Shown: piece after piece, positions 13,193-14,422 of the stretch
Position numbering within the stretch: position 1 is the stretch's first letter
How the letters are laid out: the number at the start of each line of letters is the position of its first letter
IMG/VR virus record: IMGVR_UViG_2681813315_000020
Length of the DNA stretch: 14,422 nt
Reading direction: 5' to 3' (one strand)
DNA from: a virus
Taxonomy: Duplodnaviria > Heunggongvirae > Uroviricota > Caudoviricetes
The notes under the pieces: model-generated
The model's input: only the letters and a program-made list of their open reading frames with translations
The model's database searches: none
What the model was told of the DNA's origin: nothing
Program-made: the position numbers and the translations under genes

Positions 13193-14422
13193 TTATATTT
13201 CTCTGGCTATTGGCAGTGTGGTTACGTTTTCGTGAGTACCCGCCAGTATCTCTAACCGCTCTGTCCACATGTCCAGCGCATTACGTTTCGCATCGAGATA
13301 ACGGGAGTGGTTATAGACTCGCTGCATCCCTGGCATCTGGTGAGCGGTGAGTTGTTCGACAATATGCGGATCCACGCCTAAATCGTTCAGCATCGTGGTA
13401 AACGTGCGCCGTATATCGTGTAGTGACCAGTGCGGATGGTTTAATTTTTTGTGCGTGAATCTGCCGTATTGCGACACGCTGGCTTCCTGTTTCAGTTCCC
13501 CGAGTAATAGTCCTGTGTGTCGGTTCTGCTCCACCAGCCGTGTGACGAACGGTAAAATGCTTTCCGGTATTGGCCTGAATATGGCGACCTTCGTTTTGCT
13601 GTGCTCCTTCGGTACTGTCCAGAGCATTTCCTTAAAATCCCACTCCCTGATCTCCGACAGCCTCAGTTCTCCGGTTCGGCAACCAAACACAATCAGGAGG
13701 CGGATTAGTGCGCTGTAGTAGGGCGGGAATATTTTTTTATCCAGCGCCTGTAATAATTCGCCCAGTTCTTTGTTACTAAGCACGCGTTCGCTTATGCCCG
13801 GCTTTTTGCCAACGTCCACCACGTTGAGATCATCCAGAACGTTACTGACTGCGTAGCGACGTTTACGGCAGAACTTAAGCGCCTGTTTACACGCCTGCAT
13901 CATGTGACCAGACGTTACGGGGGATTTTTTGCGTATCCGGTCAAAACAGGCCAGCCAGTGACGTAATTCGCATTTATCCAGTGGCATGTTACCGATGTGC
14001 TGTATGACGTGATTATTCAGGCGACTTTTCAGGCATACATAATCGACACGGTTTTCCTTTACGTGCGTTTCCAGCCAGTAACTGATCGCATCGCCAACCG
14101 TTACGGGTTTTAACGCTTCCTGCACAGTGTAGTTCAGTTCATGACGTGGGTTTTTCCCTTCTGCCAGCCATGCACGACACTTTGCGGCTTTTTCCCTGGC
14201 TGCTTTAAGGCTCAGATCGGGATAGTTTCCCAGCTTCAGGCGTTCCGGTGTGGTATCCCTTCCCGTTCCAGCCCTGTAGGTGAAGTACCAGGTCAATTTA
14301 CCTGATGTTAAATATTTCACGCTCAGATTACCGCCATCGCTATAGAACGTATTTTTCTCCGCTGGCTTACCATAAAGTTTTCTTAACAATGTATCGCTCA
14401 GTTTGTTAAGCGCTCTGCTCAC
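13193..14422 (-). CDS. int: Tyrosine integrase, P4/CP4-57 type, with N-terminal arm-binding (DUF4102-like) domain; 5' end at or just beyond the window edge
   Basis: 409 aa reaching the window edge, where the first codon is GTG. N-terminus LSDTLLRKLYGKPAEKNTFYSDGGNLSVKYLTSGKLTWYFTYR resembles the P4-type integrase N-terminal domain; C-terminal catalytic region has HDIRRT and VYNHSRY (tyrosine recombinase His-x-x-Arg and Tyr motifs). Confidence 0.9.
   Translation of the reverse strand: MSRALNKLSDTLLRKLYGKPAEKNTFYSDGGNLSVKYLTSGKLTWYFTYRAGTGRDTTPERLKLGNYPDLSLKAAREKAAKCRAWLAEGKNPRHELNYTVQEALKPVTVGDAISYWLETHVKENRVDYVCLKSRLNNHVIQHIGNMPLDKCELRHWLACFDRIRKKSPVTSGHMMQACKQALKFCRKRRYAVSNVLDDLNVVDVGKKPGISERVLSNKELGELLQALDKKIFPPYYSALIRLLIVFGCRTGELRLSEIREWDFKEMLWTVPKEHSKTKVAIFRPIPESILPFVTRLVEQNRHTGLLLGELKQEASVSQYGRFTHKKLNHPHWSLHDIRRTFTTMLNDLGVDPHIVEQLTAHQMPGMQRVYNHSRYLDAKRNALDMWTERLEILAGTHENVTTLPIAREI

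Noticed and set aside
1-14422. Complete tailed prophage
   Set aside because: The window has a full head and packaging module but no tail, tape-measure, baseplate or lysis genes and carries a satellite-type int/alpA/primase module; a satellite interpretation fits better, though sequence beyond the window could change this.

Overview
The window reads as one compact phage-satellite-like mobile element, with almost every gene on the minus strand. From right to left: a P4/CP4-57-type tyrosine integrase running into the right window edge, an AlpA-family regulator, a divergent small ribbon-helix-helix regulator module, a five-gene replication operon ending in a P-loop primase/helicase followed by an iteron-rich origin, then SSB and a FinO/ProQ-like RNA-binding protein, a strong bidirectional terminator, and a complete HK97-type head and DNA-packaging module (major capsid, prohead protease, portal, head-tail connector, HNH, TerS, TerL). 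No tail, baseplate or lysis genes are present in the window, which fits a capsid-forming, tail-less satellite (cf-PICI-like) rather than a full prophage. The terminase large subunit is interrupted by an in-frame TAG. A conserved 10-bp-phased GTTGT repeat array recurs at three intergenic sites, and a candidate cos site lies between HNH and terS. All protein calls rest on motif recognition from the supplied translations; no database search or HMM scan was run. The left 600 bp is gene-free and dense in short repeats; no tRNA or att core was recognised, so the element boundaries are not visible here.
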